Origin: Octopus vulgaris
Taxonomy: Eukaryota
Direction: 5' to 3'
DNA length: 64,000 nt
NCBI GenBank assembly: GCA_951406725.2
Contig: OX597821.1
Location: 7,192,001-7,256,000, forward strand
Positions 39,792-51,900 of this stretch are shown piece by piece (positions within the stretch are counted from its first letter, which is position 1; every line of letters begins with the position of its first letter). Under the pieces are notes generated by a model. It was not told the DNA's origin, ran no database searches, and worked only from the letters and a program-made list of their open reading frames with translations. The position numbers and the translations under genes were made by a program.

Positions 39792-40005
39792 ATCAACCAA
39801 GAACACACAAAGAAACAACAACGCGAGGACGTGGAACAAATATAGTATTATTGGACGCTCAGGAAAGAAGGGAAGACGGAGGGTTTAACGTTTCGAGCGG
39901 AGCTCTTCGTCGGAAACATAGGAAAAGGAAAGATCCAGAGAAGGGAAGACAGAGGGAAAAAAATCGCCAACGGTACACACGAGGTCACATTTTGAAAGAC
40001 CGGAA
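39789..40005 (-). mobile_element. ~220-bp Penelope-type terminal element with minimal HHR (39883-39917), between TA runs
   Basis: gttt CCGACGA a gagc-tcc-gctc GAAACGTT aaac; inverted homolog at 45235-45450. Confidence 0.7.
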
Positions 40006-42112
40006 ATATATATATAGGGTGAGTCAAAAGTAGCACCCAGATTCTGGGAAGTCATATCATTCTTTGAAGTTTTGCAGATTATTTATTACTGACAGTTTTG
40101 AAAGTTACTAAATCTGGATTATGTGTCATGTTGTTAATACTCTTTGATATCCCAACCCATAAAACAAGGATTATGAGTCAAAAGTACCTCCTAATTGGGA
40201 ACTCATACTGTTATAATCCTTAAAATGTTGGATTGTTATAATGTCCACTTCCGTATGCAGTGTACTTAGTAAAACCAGTCAAGACACGACTACCTCTGAC
40301 CGCCTACTACGTACTCTCTTGTACTGTCTCGTACTCTCCTATTCATAGTGCCCAATCATACTTGTCACGTGGGAGTACCATTATTACTAATTCCCTACAA
40401 CATCTCCCCTTTTAAGTTTTTCTTAGGAAGCGTCATTTTAATTAGCAACAATTTTTTTCTTTCACCCCACCTCCCACTTTTGAGATTTTTTGTCCTATAA
40501 TTTAATAATTTTTGCGCCTGGCATCTATTTTCAGGAACTCAGCATGTCTTCTTTTCCTCTCACTTGCACACCTGGGTTCAATCACCTGCTTTGGCGTAGG
40601 TACTTGGAACGTATCGTACAACCATTCCATCAGTTCCTCCGACCTCTTAGGTTCGATTACCACGAATCTCTTTTTCACTTGGTTCCTGTGTCTCTTTTGT
40701 AAGTCTTTTCTACTATTCACCCAATACATCATTTTACCTATTCATTTGATAATTACATCATCTTCCCAACTCTGCTTTCCATTCTTGTATGCCCTCATAT
40801 ACACCTTTTCACTAACTATAAAGAATCTTGCTGTGCCTTCCCTGACACTTTTTCTTTTCTTGCCAGGTAGTAATTTATCAAAGACTAATTTTACTTTCCT
40901 TGCAAACATCAGCTCCACTGATGAGCTACCTGCTGATGTATTTGGATTTGGTGTCACACGGTACACTCATAAAAATTGTTGTAGAGCTACCCCATCCGTG
41001 ACTTCCTTATTTAATTTTGTAAGGGTTCTTTTGAAGGTATCGACGAAGCGTTCTGCTTGTCCGTTAGATTTGGGATTCTATGGCACAATAGTTAGATGTT
41101 CTACCGTGAACGTTTCACAACATTTTTTTAATTCGCTAGACACAAATTGCGTTCCATTGTCAGACACGAACTTGTCTGGGATGCCGAATCTTGTAGACAA
41201 TTCGTGTAAAAAAATTTATCACAGTTCAGGAGGTTGGTTTTTTACACTGGAAATTTCTGGTCATTTCGAGAAACTATCAACTAAGTAGTAAGAAACATTT
41301 GAAGGACCAGTGAAATCGATGTGTAGTTTCGACCACGGAACATCTATTTTTGGACAATGTTTACTTTTTGTCGTTGGTAATTGTTCATTTCGTTTTGGCT
41401 TACATACAGGTGTTCCATTCTGGTTTTGCAAATTTTTGTTTCAATCTCTCAGCCGCATTCGCACTTTCCACTGAACCAACTATATTTCCACACAAAACAC
41501 TTATGGGAGCATTCCATGCTTTGAATAGTTCCATCCAGTCTGTGCCGAATAAATTAAATGAACTTTTTAACATATATATCTTTGCCTTTTTGTTTGACCT
41601 TGAAATGTTACATTACATACGAATGTACTGAAAAAATGTAATCTTTTTCCCCGTAACACCATGTGCTACCATTTTCGATTTAATTAATTTCGGCTTACCG
41701 ACATCTTTCCTAGTTTTTTTCGTTTTTAGTGGCGATATCACTACAAGTGTCCAACAGCCTTTTAACACTTGTATTTCTGATTTTGACCTTCACGAATTTC
41801 CTCATCGTTATATTACTAATTTCTTCCGATGACACTATTTATTCTTTTCCCTTTGTTCTGACGTTTTGTTATCTTCCTTCTACACTGCATCTTTATGCGT
41901 CCTATATTTCCACAATGAAAGCACTCCGCTTTCTTATATGAACAATTTTTCTTCAAGTGTATATCTCCACAGGCAAATCATGGGTTTATTTCCTGATTTT
42001 TGTCATGTTTTTTAGAAAACACATTATCTCTATTCTGACTATTTCGCACTGGTTTTACTTAATTTGACCATTCTTTCACATTCTTCTGACACTTTCTGTA
42101 TGGTTACTTACC

Positions 42113-42477
42113 GGTTTTGTTCCAGCTACGAAAGCTACGTTGTTATCCTCAGTCCGTAAACGATGGCTTTTAACGGGTGGAGAGCTGAACCATCCTGGGG
42201 TACAGAGGATTCGTAATCTAGACTAGGGTCTGAAAGTTTACCACACCATAGTGGGTTACACCATGGTTCCTCTGCTTTGTGGCAGAAGTAGGAAGAAAGA
42301 GTGAGAGAAGTTGTGGTGAAAGAGTACAGCGGGGTTCACCCCACCCCCCCGCCGGAGCGTCGTGGAGCTTAGGTGTTTTTGTTCAATAAACACTCACAAT
42401 GCCTGGTCTGGGAATCGAAACTGCATTCTTACGATCGTGAGTCCGCTACCCTAACCACTGGGCCATTGCGCTTCCAC
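42113..42477 (-). mobile_element. SINE E variant inserted in gypsy gag
   Basis: tRNA-like head ggcccagtggttagggtagcggactc..tttcgattccc. Confidence 0.75.
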
Positions 42478-43652
42478 TGCTACTGTTGTTGTCGTTCTTT
42501 CAGTTGTTGCTGGTGGTGTTGTAGTTGCTCTAACTGTTGTTCTTGCAGTTGTAGCTGCTGTTGTTCTTTCAGTTGCCGTTGTTGCTGGTTTTGCAACTCG
42601 AGCAAACCGACCAACAAATTTTCCTTAATTTTAAGATTTTATTCGTAAAATTCGCACAGCAAACACTTTTGTGAGTTTGTTAATTCATCGTGAGTTGTTA
42701 AAATCTTCGTCGCCACTGTTGTAATCCTTAAAACGTTTGATTGTTATGACACCCCCTTCGGTATACCGCATACTTAGTAAACCAGTAAAGACACGACTAC
42801 CCCTGACCGCCTACTACGTACTCTTTCCTTATTTTGGCACTACGGCCATTACACAGAAGGGACAGCACAAGGACAGACAGAACACCACAGTGGGGACAAA
42901 AAACATAAAACGAATGAAAATGAAATGGCTGCGTGAGCCCCGCTCTTATGCTGTACCATTTGAATGTTTAAATGCACTGTTTGTAATCGTTCATTTTGCC
43001 TTTGTTTTTCCCTTTATCATCGCTTTTTTCTCTTTTTTAAAATAAAACAATTTTACTTATTTTTTCTTTTTTTTCTTACATAAAACAATTTTACTTACTT
43101 TTTTTTTCCTGTTTTAATATTTCATAAAAGGTTCAAGATCTTTCAATTCCACCACTGGTGGCAATTCAATTCATCAAATTCCACCGTTACTCCTGGCGGA
43201 TCAATACCTCTTCCACACATATCTTTCAAACCTGTTGTACCTCTCTTTATCGACCACAATGGCCTTCACGTTCTCCGAATACACATCTGTGGGCAACTTC
43301 ACCCTTATAATGGACTTAAATTTCATTATTTTCCACTCAATTTCTTTACTTTTAGCGTATATCGTAAAATTCCATCGGTATTTTTTCGCCTTTCTTGCTT
43401 GGTTTTCCTTTTTTTGCTCTACTCCTGGTACTTCTTCTTTTCCTCCTCCACCCTGAATAGTTTCGCCATTTCACCCTCATACAGTTATTCACCTAAATCT
43501 TTTTCCTCCACTTGTATAACCAGTGTCTTTGCTGCTGTCTCCTCCTCGAGCTCCTCTTCAATCTCCTTGACAACCATATTCTCATCTTCCTCCCTTCTGT
43601 CCTCCTTCGCAATCTCTTTCTCTACCTCCTCAACCACTTCTTTTTACTTTTT

Positions 43653-44522
43653 CTACCTCTCTGGCGGACAGCTTACTCTTTCACTTCTCTTTCTCTTTTT
43701 GACTACCATGAATTCCTCCTCTGTTCTTGTCTCATTTACCTCGACGTGTACCACTTGGACCACACTCTCCTGCACCTCAGTCTGTTCCATCTGTTGTTCC
43801 TTTTCTCTCTGGAGGCACCACGCCTTCATGTGGCCTTTCTCTCCACATGAGCAGCATATAGGAGGCCTACCCTCCACCACCACTCTCAGCCTTGTATCCT
43901 CGGGCAGAACTATTTCTTCTGCAATTCTGTTGAGATCTTCTACACTCACTTGTATGGCCATCTTTATGCCATACCCCCAATAATTCAACTTTTTGGTTCT
44001 CGTTGCCTTGTGTATCTTGGCATACCCCTCCATGTTAAACATTATGGCTGCATTCAGCCATGTTTCCTTTATCTCTGGAGGTACTTTGCCAACTCTCACC
44101 CTGGCATTACGCTTGCCACAGTACGTCGGCAAAAGTACCCATTCTTCCGTTCTTATTGCTTCTGTGCAGGGCTTAATCGCTTCGTCCTCCGTCGCGAAAC
44201 GCACTTCCACTGTGCCATACCTCCTTCCACGTGTGATGAACGTGGTCAGCTTCTTGATTTCCTTCAAGCATTCCTCAATAACTTCAATAGGTGCTATTTC
44301 TATCTTCCTTGTTGATACCCTCAGAGTCTTAACAATTACCGTTCTTTTATTTGCATTGCTTGTGAGTCTCAACGTGTTTCCCTCCCTTTCCAGTAGTTTC
44401 TCACATTCTTTCATCTTCTTCGGCTCAACTTTTACTTCGCGAACCTCCAAAGCCTCAACCTCTATTATTCCTCTATCAGTTGCTACCGCATAACTGTGGC
44501 CTCCTACTGGCACTTTCTCCAT
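43653..44522 (-). CDS. L1/Tx1-type ORF1-like protein with CCHC zinc knuckle, prematurely stopped
   Basis: VVVEGRPPICCSCGEKGHMKAWC; the E/K-rich frame continues past stops towards about 43130. Confidence 0.75.
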   Translation of the reverse strand: MEKVPVGGHSYAVATDRGIIEVEALEVREVKVEPKKMKECEKLLEREGNTLRLTSNANKRTVIVKTLRVSTRKIEIAPIEVIEECLKEIKKLTTFITRGRRYGTVEVRFATEDEAIKPCTEAIRTEEWVLLPTYCGKRNARVRVGKVPPEIKETWLNAAIMFNMEGYAKIHKATRTKKLNYWGYGIKMAIQVSVEDLNRIAEEIVLPEDTRLRVVVEGRPPICCSCGEKGHMKAWCLQREKEQQMEQTEVQESVVQVVHVEVNETRTEEEFMVVKKRKRSERVSCPPER

Positions 44523-44581
44523 CTCTCCCACAATGGGGGAAAAAAACAGCAATTCAACAATAACAGGATCAGCAATTTCAA

Positions 44582-44998
44582 CAGGCGCAGGAGTGGCTGT
44601 GTGGTAAGTAGCTTGCTAACCAGCCACATGGTTCCGGGTTCAGTCCCACTGCGTGGCACCTTGGGCGAGTGTCTTCTGCTATAGCCCCGGGCCGACCAAT
44701 GCCTTGTGAGTGGATTTGGTAAACGGAAACTGAAAGAAGCCTGTTGTATATATATTTATATATATATATGTATGTGTGTGTATGTGCTTGTATGTCTGTG
44801 TTTGTCCCCCTAGCATTGCTTGACAACCGATGCTGGTGTGTTTACGTCCCCGTCAATTAGCGGTTCGGCAAAAGAGGCCGATAGAATAAGTACTGGGCTT
44901 ACAAAGAATAAGTCCCGGGGTCGATTTGCTCGACTAAAGGCGGTGCTCCAGCATGGCCGCAGTCAAATGACTGAAACAAGTAAAAGAGTAAAAGAGTA
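44582..44998 (+). mobile_element. Full SINE B in the 5' UTR of the ORF1-only element
   Basis: as 33889. Confidence 0.9.
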
Positions 44999-45234
44999 AC
45001 AATCAATAATCATGGGTACACCCACGAGGGGTGACCGTCAAGACTTACGTCTAACAGCAATAAAAAAAACACGACAAAATTAACTCCAATTGATACGAAT
45101 ATCTCTCACCGCCTGCTACGGACTCTCTCGTGGTGTCTCGTACTCTCCTATATAGTGCCTACTCATACCACTTGTCACGTGGGAGGGATGTACCAATATT
45201 ACTAATTCCCTACAACATACATATCAGCCTTCAT

Positions 45235-45450
45235 TTTTTTCAATATGTGACCGCATGTGTATCGTTGGCGATTTTCTTTCTCCGTCTTCCCTTCCTTGGA
45301 CCTTCCCTTTTTCTATGTTTCTGACGAAGAGCTCCGCTCGAAACGTTAAATCCTCTTTCTTTCTTTCCTTTCTTGAGCGTCCAATAACACTATACTTGTT
45401 CCACGTCCTCGCGTTTTTGTATTTTCCCTTTGTTCATGTTTGGATTAAAC
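45235..45450 (+). mobile_element. Penelope-type terminal element with minimal HHR (45317-45351)
   Basis: gttt CTGACGA a gagc-tcc-gctc GAAACGTT aaat. Confidence 0.75.
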
Positions 45451-45551
45451 AGGAATTGGGCGCTACATTTGACTCACCTTATACACACACACACACACAC
45501 ACACAAATATGTATGTATATGTATATATATATATACATATATATATATGTA

Positions 45552-45771
45552 TAATTCCTTTTGCAGGAAGGATTGCTTCGGCCTGGCCGTGTTCTGCCCT
45601 TACCTTCGAAACACGCATTGAGTCGAACCAGGTACAGCTGATGAAGGGGAATTTTCCTTGTATTGTTTGTCCTATACTCTGTTTTTTCGTTGTTAAAAAA
45701 AGTCCGTTTCCTTGTTTGGTTTTATGTTTTCGTTTCTCGTTGTGTTCTACGTTTATTTATGGTGTCCTGTA

Positions 45772-45815
<44 letters not shown>

Positions 45816-46604
45816 TGTAGATGTAAGTATGTACATATATGTATGTATATATGCATAGATTTTATTTATTTATTATATCATTATATGACCGAACGCATGC
45901 GTTATTTCTCTTCTCCAAGTAAGTTTTTTATTTGAATAATCATGACGCACTCTCTTACTCTTTGACCTTTCCTCCCTGCCTGTCTGTCTTCCTCTCTACT
46001 TGTCTCTCTCCTTCTTATTTTTCACCCTTTCTGGTTTCTTTCCCCCCTCTCTCTCTCATCCTCCTCCTCCTCCTGACCAGAGGGCTACTAAAACTTTCTT
46101 TTAGCTTCGTGCTTCAACAAGTATAGATCGACTTCTCTGTCTTTCGCAAGCCGATTTTTCACATGCGTTCTAACTAATTTTTCCACCGTCTAGGCAAAAA
46201 AGCCCTTATTGTTGGTTCCCTGTCCTGTTTCTTTATTTGTACTGTTTTTTCTACTGTTTTTTCTTCATTTGTATTGCTTTTACGTCCTGTTCTTGTCACT
46301 TGTTTTACCCCTCTGCAAAAGAACTTTACTTAATTCCTTTTGCAGGAAGGACCGCTTCGGTCTGGCCGTGTTCTGCCCTTACCTTCGAAACACGCATTGA
46401 GTCGAACCAGGGGCAGTTGATGAAGGGGAATTTTCCTTGTATTGTTTGTCCTGTACTCTGTTTTTTCGTTGTTTTAAAAAAAGTCCGTTTCCTTGTTTGA
46501 TTTTATGTTTTCGTTTCTCGTTGTGTTCTACGTTTATTTGTGGAGTCCTGTACTCATATATATATATATGCATATATATATATACATGTAGATGTAAGTA
46601 TGTA
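45552..46604 (+). mobile_element. Non-coding element with ~280-bp direct repeats (45552-45833, 46331-46604; period 779), retrozyme-like
   Basis: direct comparison of the two repeats; each contains hammerhead core strands. Confidence 0.8.
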
Positions 46605-46605
46605 A

Positions 46606-46787
46606 ATCTTTTATTTGTTTCAGTCATTTGACAGCGGCCATGCTGGAGCATCGGCTTTAGTCGAGTAAATCGACCCCAAGACTTATTATTTGTAAGCCTA
46701 GTACTTATTCCATCGGTTTCTTTTGCCGAACCACTAAGTTACGGGGACAAAAACACCCCAGCATCGGTCTTCAAGCGATGTTGGGAG

Positions 46788-46839
<52 letters not shown>

Positions 46840-46990
46840 GACAGGCGTCTTTCAGTTTCCGTCTATCAAATCCACTCACAAAGCTTTAGTCGGCCGAGGC
46901 TATAGTAGAAGACACTTGCCCAAGGTGCCACGTAGTGTGATTGAACCCGGAACCCTGTGGTTGGTAAGCAAGCTACTTACCACACCGCCA
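46606..46990 (-). mobile_element. Near-full SINE B
   Basis: reverse match. Confidence 0.88.
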
Positions 46991-47044
46991 CATGTATATG
47001 TATGTATGAATGCAAATGTATGTATGTGAGTGTATATGTATGTG

Positions 47045-47098
<54 letters not shown>

Positions 47099-47101
<3 letters not shown>

Positions 47102-47420
47102 GGCGCATGACTCCGTGGTTAGAGGGTCGGGCTCAAAATCATGCGGTGGCGAATTCGATTCCTAGACTGGGTTGTGTGTTGTGTTCTTGGGTAAAACACG
47201 TTACTCCAATTCACTCAGCTGTAGAAATGAGCTGTGGTGTCACTGATGCCAAGCTGTATCGGCCTTTGCCTTTCCCTTGGATGACATCGGTCGCGTGGAG
47301 AGAGGAGGCTGGTATGCATGGGTGACTGCTGGTCTTCCATAAACAACCTTGACCGGACTTGTGTATCGGAAAGGAACTTCCTAGATGCAATCCCATTGTT
47401 ATGAGCGAAGTGGTCTCTAC
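47099..47420 (+). mobile_element. SINE C
   Basis: matches 39390. Confidence 0.85.
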
Positions 47421-47596
47421 CCTTTATATATGTATAGCACATGCACACACACGCATCCCTCATGTCAGATAATAATTGCCATCTCACGTTAGTGGGACAT
47501 CTGTACATCATTAGATTTAAGTGACAAAAGCTTGTTCAAATAATTTTGTCTTGCTCTCGGTCGTCATAGTAGGTTCCAATGCCAAGTATTGCAAGA

Positions 47597-47664
<68 letters not shown>

Positions 47665-47989
47665 ATGTAAGAAGCACTGTTGGTTCAGTTGGGATCTTCC
47701 GATGCCTCTTTGCAACAATCCACCATGCTGCAGTCCTATGACCTCGCCGTGTCCCTGGCAGTGTGGCTGAACGGGTGCTGTGCCTTGCCAAAGGGCAACA
47801 CATTTCTATGCAGGGCACGATTGTCATTCCGTGAAGTAATTTCAAAATACCCACATACCCATGTATGTACAATGGGTACGACAATAAAATACATATGGTG
47901 GTGGTAGTGGTGGTGGTGATGAGGAGAATCCAGTTCAGGGGTTTGGGAGATCCTGGAGTCAAGCTTTAAGAACTCCCAGGCCCGTTCTT

Positions 47990-48212
47990 AGCCGAAACAA
48001 AGGGCTAAACATAGAGGGGACAAACAAGGACAAACAAACGGATTAAATCGATTACATCGACCCCAGTGCGTAACTGGTAGTTATTTAATCGACCCCGAAA
48101 GGATGAAAGGCAAAGTCGACCTCGGCGGAATTTCAACTCAGAACATAACGGCAGACGAAATACGGCTACGCATTTCGCCCGGCGCGCTAACGTCTCTGCC
48201 AGCTCGCCGCCT
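47990..48212 (-). mobile_element. Full SINE A
   Basis: ends in gccagctcgccgcct (reverse of the head). Confidence 0.9.
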
Positions 48213-48669
48213 TTTCTCCCAATGCAAATAATAATGATAGAATTGGGTAGCGACAGAGAGTCACAGGACGATGATGATCATACAAACAGACAGGTAGACG
48301 GCAGACAGACAGATTTTAGAAAAGATTATCTAAAAACAGATGACCTCAACTTTTGGAAAGAAGTTTCAGTGTTGTGTTTAAGCGCTTTTGTTCAACTTTT
48401 CAACGAAAGCGTTTTCACACCACAATACGAAAACTGCTTTCCAAAAGGTTTGTGGCAATCTGTTTTTGAAAAAAAAAAAAAATTTAAATAGTTAAAAACT
48501 TGTACGGAAACTTTCTCTTTGAATAATGTGACCTATATCAAGTATTCTTTGCAAAAACTTTTAGACATGCACGCACTCACACGAACACACATACACACGA
48601 GAGTATTTAACAGTGAGCATGTCTATGGATTAGCAAAGCCCAAAAATGTTTCCTGCTCAAAGAATTTCC

Positions 48670-48817
48670 ACAAGAAAGTTGCTTCCCTAGCACGTGGTTC
48701 CGGGTTCAATCCCATTTCGTGGTTCTTGGGCAAGTGTCTTCTACTATATAGCCTCGAGTTGACCAAAGCCTTGTGGGTGGATTTTAGTAGACGGAAACTG
48801 GAAGAAGCCCGTCTTGC

Positions 48818-48876
<59 letters not shown>

Positions 48877-49080
48877 CGTGTGTGTGTGTGTGTTATTTTA
48901 CCCCTCCGCCGCTTGACAACCAGTGATGGTGAGTTTATACCCCCGTAACTTAGCGGTTGGGGTGAAACTGACCGACAGAATAAGTAACAGGCTATAAAAG
49001 AAAAGTACTGGAGTCAAGAAGATGCTCCAGTATGGCCTCGGTCAAAGGACTGAAACACGTAAAACGAAAAAAGAAGATAA
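48670..49080 (+). mobile_element. Diverged SINE B
   Basis: family match. Confidence 0.75.
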
Positions 49081-49595
49081 AACGATATATGCTGATTGTT
49101 CCATCTTTACAGATGATTGCCGACCCTTGTGCTTCCTCGTTGTCAACGACATTTCCGACTTTCCATCCATGACCTCTCAGATAAACTATTCAGTTCCATT
49201 CCACATCTGCATAGTTTGGAGCATAGGTGAGAGACGAAAGTTGTAACTTACTGTGCGCCTCCAACTGGCCAGGCCGGCACACGATGCCCTCTTCTATCGC
49301 CAAAAGACTTTCAGCGAAAGGGATGACAATTGACGTCGCCATAAAAAGACATCTGTATGTCATTGGATTATAGTGATAAAAGCTTGTAGAAAACAAATGC
49401 TACTCTTCTGAGCCTCCGAGGCTAGTACCTAGTGTTAGGTCGGAGTGAGATGACCAGTTATCACCTCAGACCACAGGTTTTTACATCAGTGTCCCGCTTC
49501 CCGTAGTTTTACTGCGCGCCCTGACATCAATCAACGGTTTTTTGCGTCCCCGCTCTCAGATGGAATGTCATCACATATGCTAGTTAGCCTATAGC

Positions 49596-50186
49596 CAGCT
49601 CCGTCGCGTGACTTTTAGAGGCCCCTTGCAACCTTTAGTTTTGAGGCCCCTTCCCTTCAATCAAAACTCATAATCTACGCACCTTTTATTCATAGCTATA
49701 TTTTACTCCATTCTATCTGAAGTTCAATATTTCACGTTATCCTAAAGAACATCTTTAACAGTACAACAAGTTAAATTTATTAGTGTCTATTACAAATTTC
49801 AATAAGTAAAACTTCCAGGTATGAATAAAAGAACTCTTTTGTAATCCAGGTAAATTTCAAAGACAAACATGCTGCACTTTCGCTTCGCGAAATCATTGAT
49901 CAGTTCAGAATAATCAAGCTGAGAGCTAAGTTCGTGTTCAACAGATATAGACAATCCACAAAGTCGTCGTACAATGTAATATTTTTGCAGGAATTTTTGC
50001 AGATACAATGAATTACCATTTTATTTCTTGAAAATTTCAGTTAACATAGATAGTTTAATTCGTGTTCAACATCTTAACCAAAGTAAGTAGATGACTCATC
50101 TACGTACTTTGATCTTAACACGGGGCCCCTTAACCGCAGAGGTCCCCTGCGACCGCAAGGGTTGTAGGGGCTGAGCGACGGCACTA
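49596..50186 (-). mobile_element. Non-autonomous hAT element retaining the dimerisation-domain tail
   Basis: TIR cagctccgtcgc/gcgacggcacta; TSD cctatagc/ccaatagc; RLCGLSISVEHELSSQLDYSELINDFAKRK. Confidence 0.8.
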
Positions 50187-50519
50187 CCAATAGCTGGGAT
50201 CCTGACTGGTTCTACTGATCTGGGTCAGAGTAGAACTGGGAGCAACGGTGGCCAAGAAGTGGTTGGTGTCACACTCCTCAAAAACATAGAACATCCCAGG
50301 TGCGGTCCCGGGAGTTTTTCGAAGAGGAGGCACACAGTCACAAGGCAATATAATTCCAAGAGGAAAAGGCGTAATAACACTATTTAGAAGGGCGCACTTT
50401 TTCTTAAGGGGGGGGGGGCAGGTGCCCCTCAGGCCCTACTCCTTGGGTCTGCTCCTGCACCCGTACCAGAGCCCAGCCAGTGGATGTAGTTTACAGCCAA
50501 ACCCAGGACAGACGCACAC

Positions 50520-50676
50520 AGATATAAGAGAGAGACAGAAGAGGAGTGAGAGAAAGAGAGAGACAGAAAAAGGGGCAGAGACAGAGACAGCCAGGAAGAC
50601 AATGACAGGGAAAATGAGAAAGAGGGAGAGAGAGAGGAAGGAAGAAAGAAACAGAGAAAGATAGAAATATAGATAA

Positions 50677-50734
<58 letters not shown>

Positions 50735-51027
50735 GATGGGCAAGCGATAGATTGAGAGTTAGGGAAAGAGAAAATATAAATGTAACTGAAGATAAAGAAC
50801 GAGAAACAAGGACGGGAGAGAGAGAAAGAGAGAGAGACAGAGACAGAGACAAAGATAGAGAAAGAGAGAGTAAGATATATATATATATATATATATATAA
50901 AACGAAAGAAAGGAAGGAAATGAGCTAGGAGAAAAAGAAAGTACAAAAGAAACCGGAAAGTGAAAGAGAGAGAATATGAGGGAAAGGGAGAGGGAAGATA
51001 CACAAGCAAGAAGTGAGGAAAAGACAG

Positions 51028-51091
<64 letters not shown>

Positions 51092-51900
51092 TAGAAAAAA
51101 GACAGAAAAAAGAATAAAAGAAAGAAAGAATATAAGAAGGAAAGAAAGAAGGACCAGAAAAAACATATTATGAGGTAAAGAAAAGGCGGGAAAGAGGAAA
51201 GAGCAAAATTGGATGAAAATAGAAAAAGCGAGAGGAGAGGAAGAGAAAGAAGAGAAAAAGAAAGAGAAAGAGGAGAGGGAGAGTGGAGGAAGAGAAGAAG
51301 AAAGAGACAGCGACGAAGAAGAGCGAGAGGAAAAGAAAGGGAAAGAGACAGAGAGGAAGGAGAAAGTGAGGAAGAGAGAAGGGATGAAAAGAGTAAAGAG
51401 ACAGGAAGAGAGTAGAAAGAGAGGGGGAGGAGATGAAATGGAAAGTGATAGGGAGGAAGAAGGAAGTGAAAGAGATGAAACAGGAGAGAGAGTGAGAGTG
51501 AGAGAGATGGGGAGAGAAGATAAAAGAGACAGAGAGGAAGAAAGTGAGAGAGAAAGAGGAAAAAAGAGACAAGCAACAGAGAGAAAGAAGAAAGAGCGAG
51601 AGAGAAGAGAAGAAGAGAGAGAGAGAGATGGAGAAGAAAGTGAGGGAGAGCGAGAGGAGAGAAAGAGAGATAGAGGGAAAAAGAGGAAAGTGATAAAGAA
51701 GAAAGTGAGAGAGGAAAAGAAGAGGTAAGCAACAGAGGCGAAGACAGAGTGAGAAAGGGAGGAAAAAGAAAGAGAGAGAAAGAAAAGGAGAGGAAAGAAA
51801 CAAAGAGGGTGAATCAAGTGAGAGAGAGAGAGAGAGAGAGCGAGGAAAGAGCGGAAAAGAAAGAAGAGAGAAAAAGAGAAAGAGAAAGAGAGAGCGAGCA
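50520..51900. repeat. 1.4-kb purine-rich GA low-complexity tract upstream of the GRK exon
   Basis: direct reading. Confidence 0.9.

Larger units (their letters stand above)
42825..45107 (-). mobile_element. ORF1-only non-LTR retroelement inserted into the gypsy 5' LTR
   Basis: 19-bp TSD accgcct(a/g)ctacg(t/g)actct at 42806-42824 and 45108-45126; single gag-like ORF; LINE-like tail. Confidence 0.8.
40209..45217 (-). mobile_element. Internally deleted Ty3/gypsy LTR retrotransposon
   Basis: TG..CA LTRs 40209-40402 and 42717-42824 + 45108-45217; PBS tggcgacgaag 42715-42705; PPT 40413-40403; gag double Zn knuckle near 41900; protease-region LFGTDW; integrase PWSKLHIDF..VSDNGTQF..SNGQAERFV; no RT/RNase H seen. 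Confidence 0.9.

Noticed and set aside
40512-41288. 258-aa plus-strand ORF
   Set aside because: Antisense shadow of the gypsy integrase.
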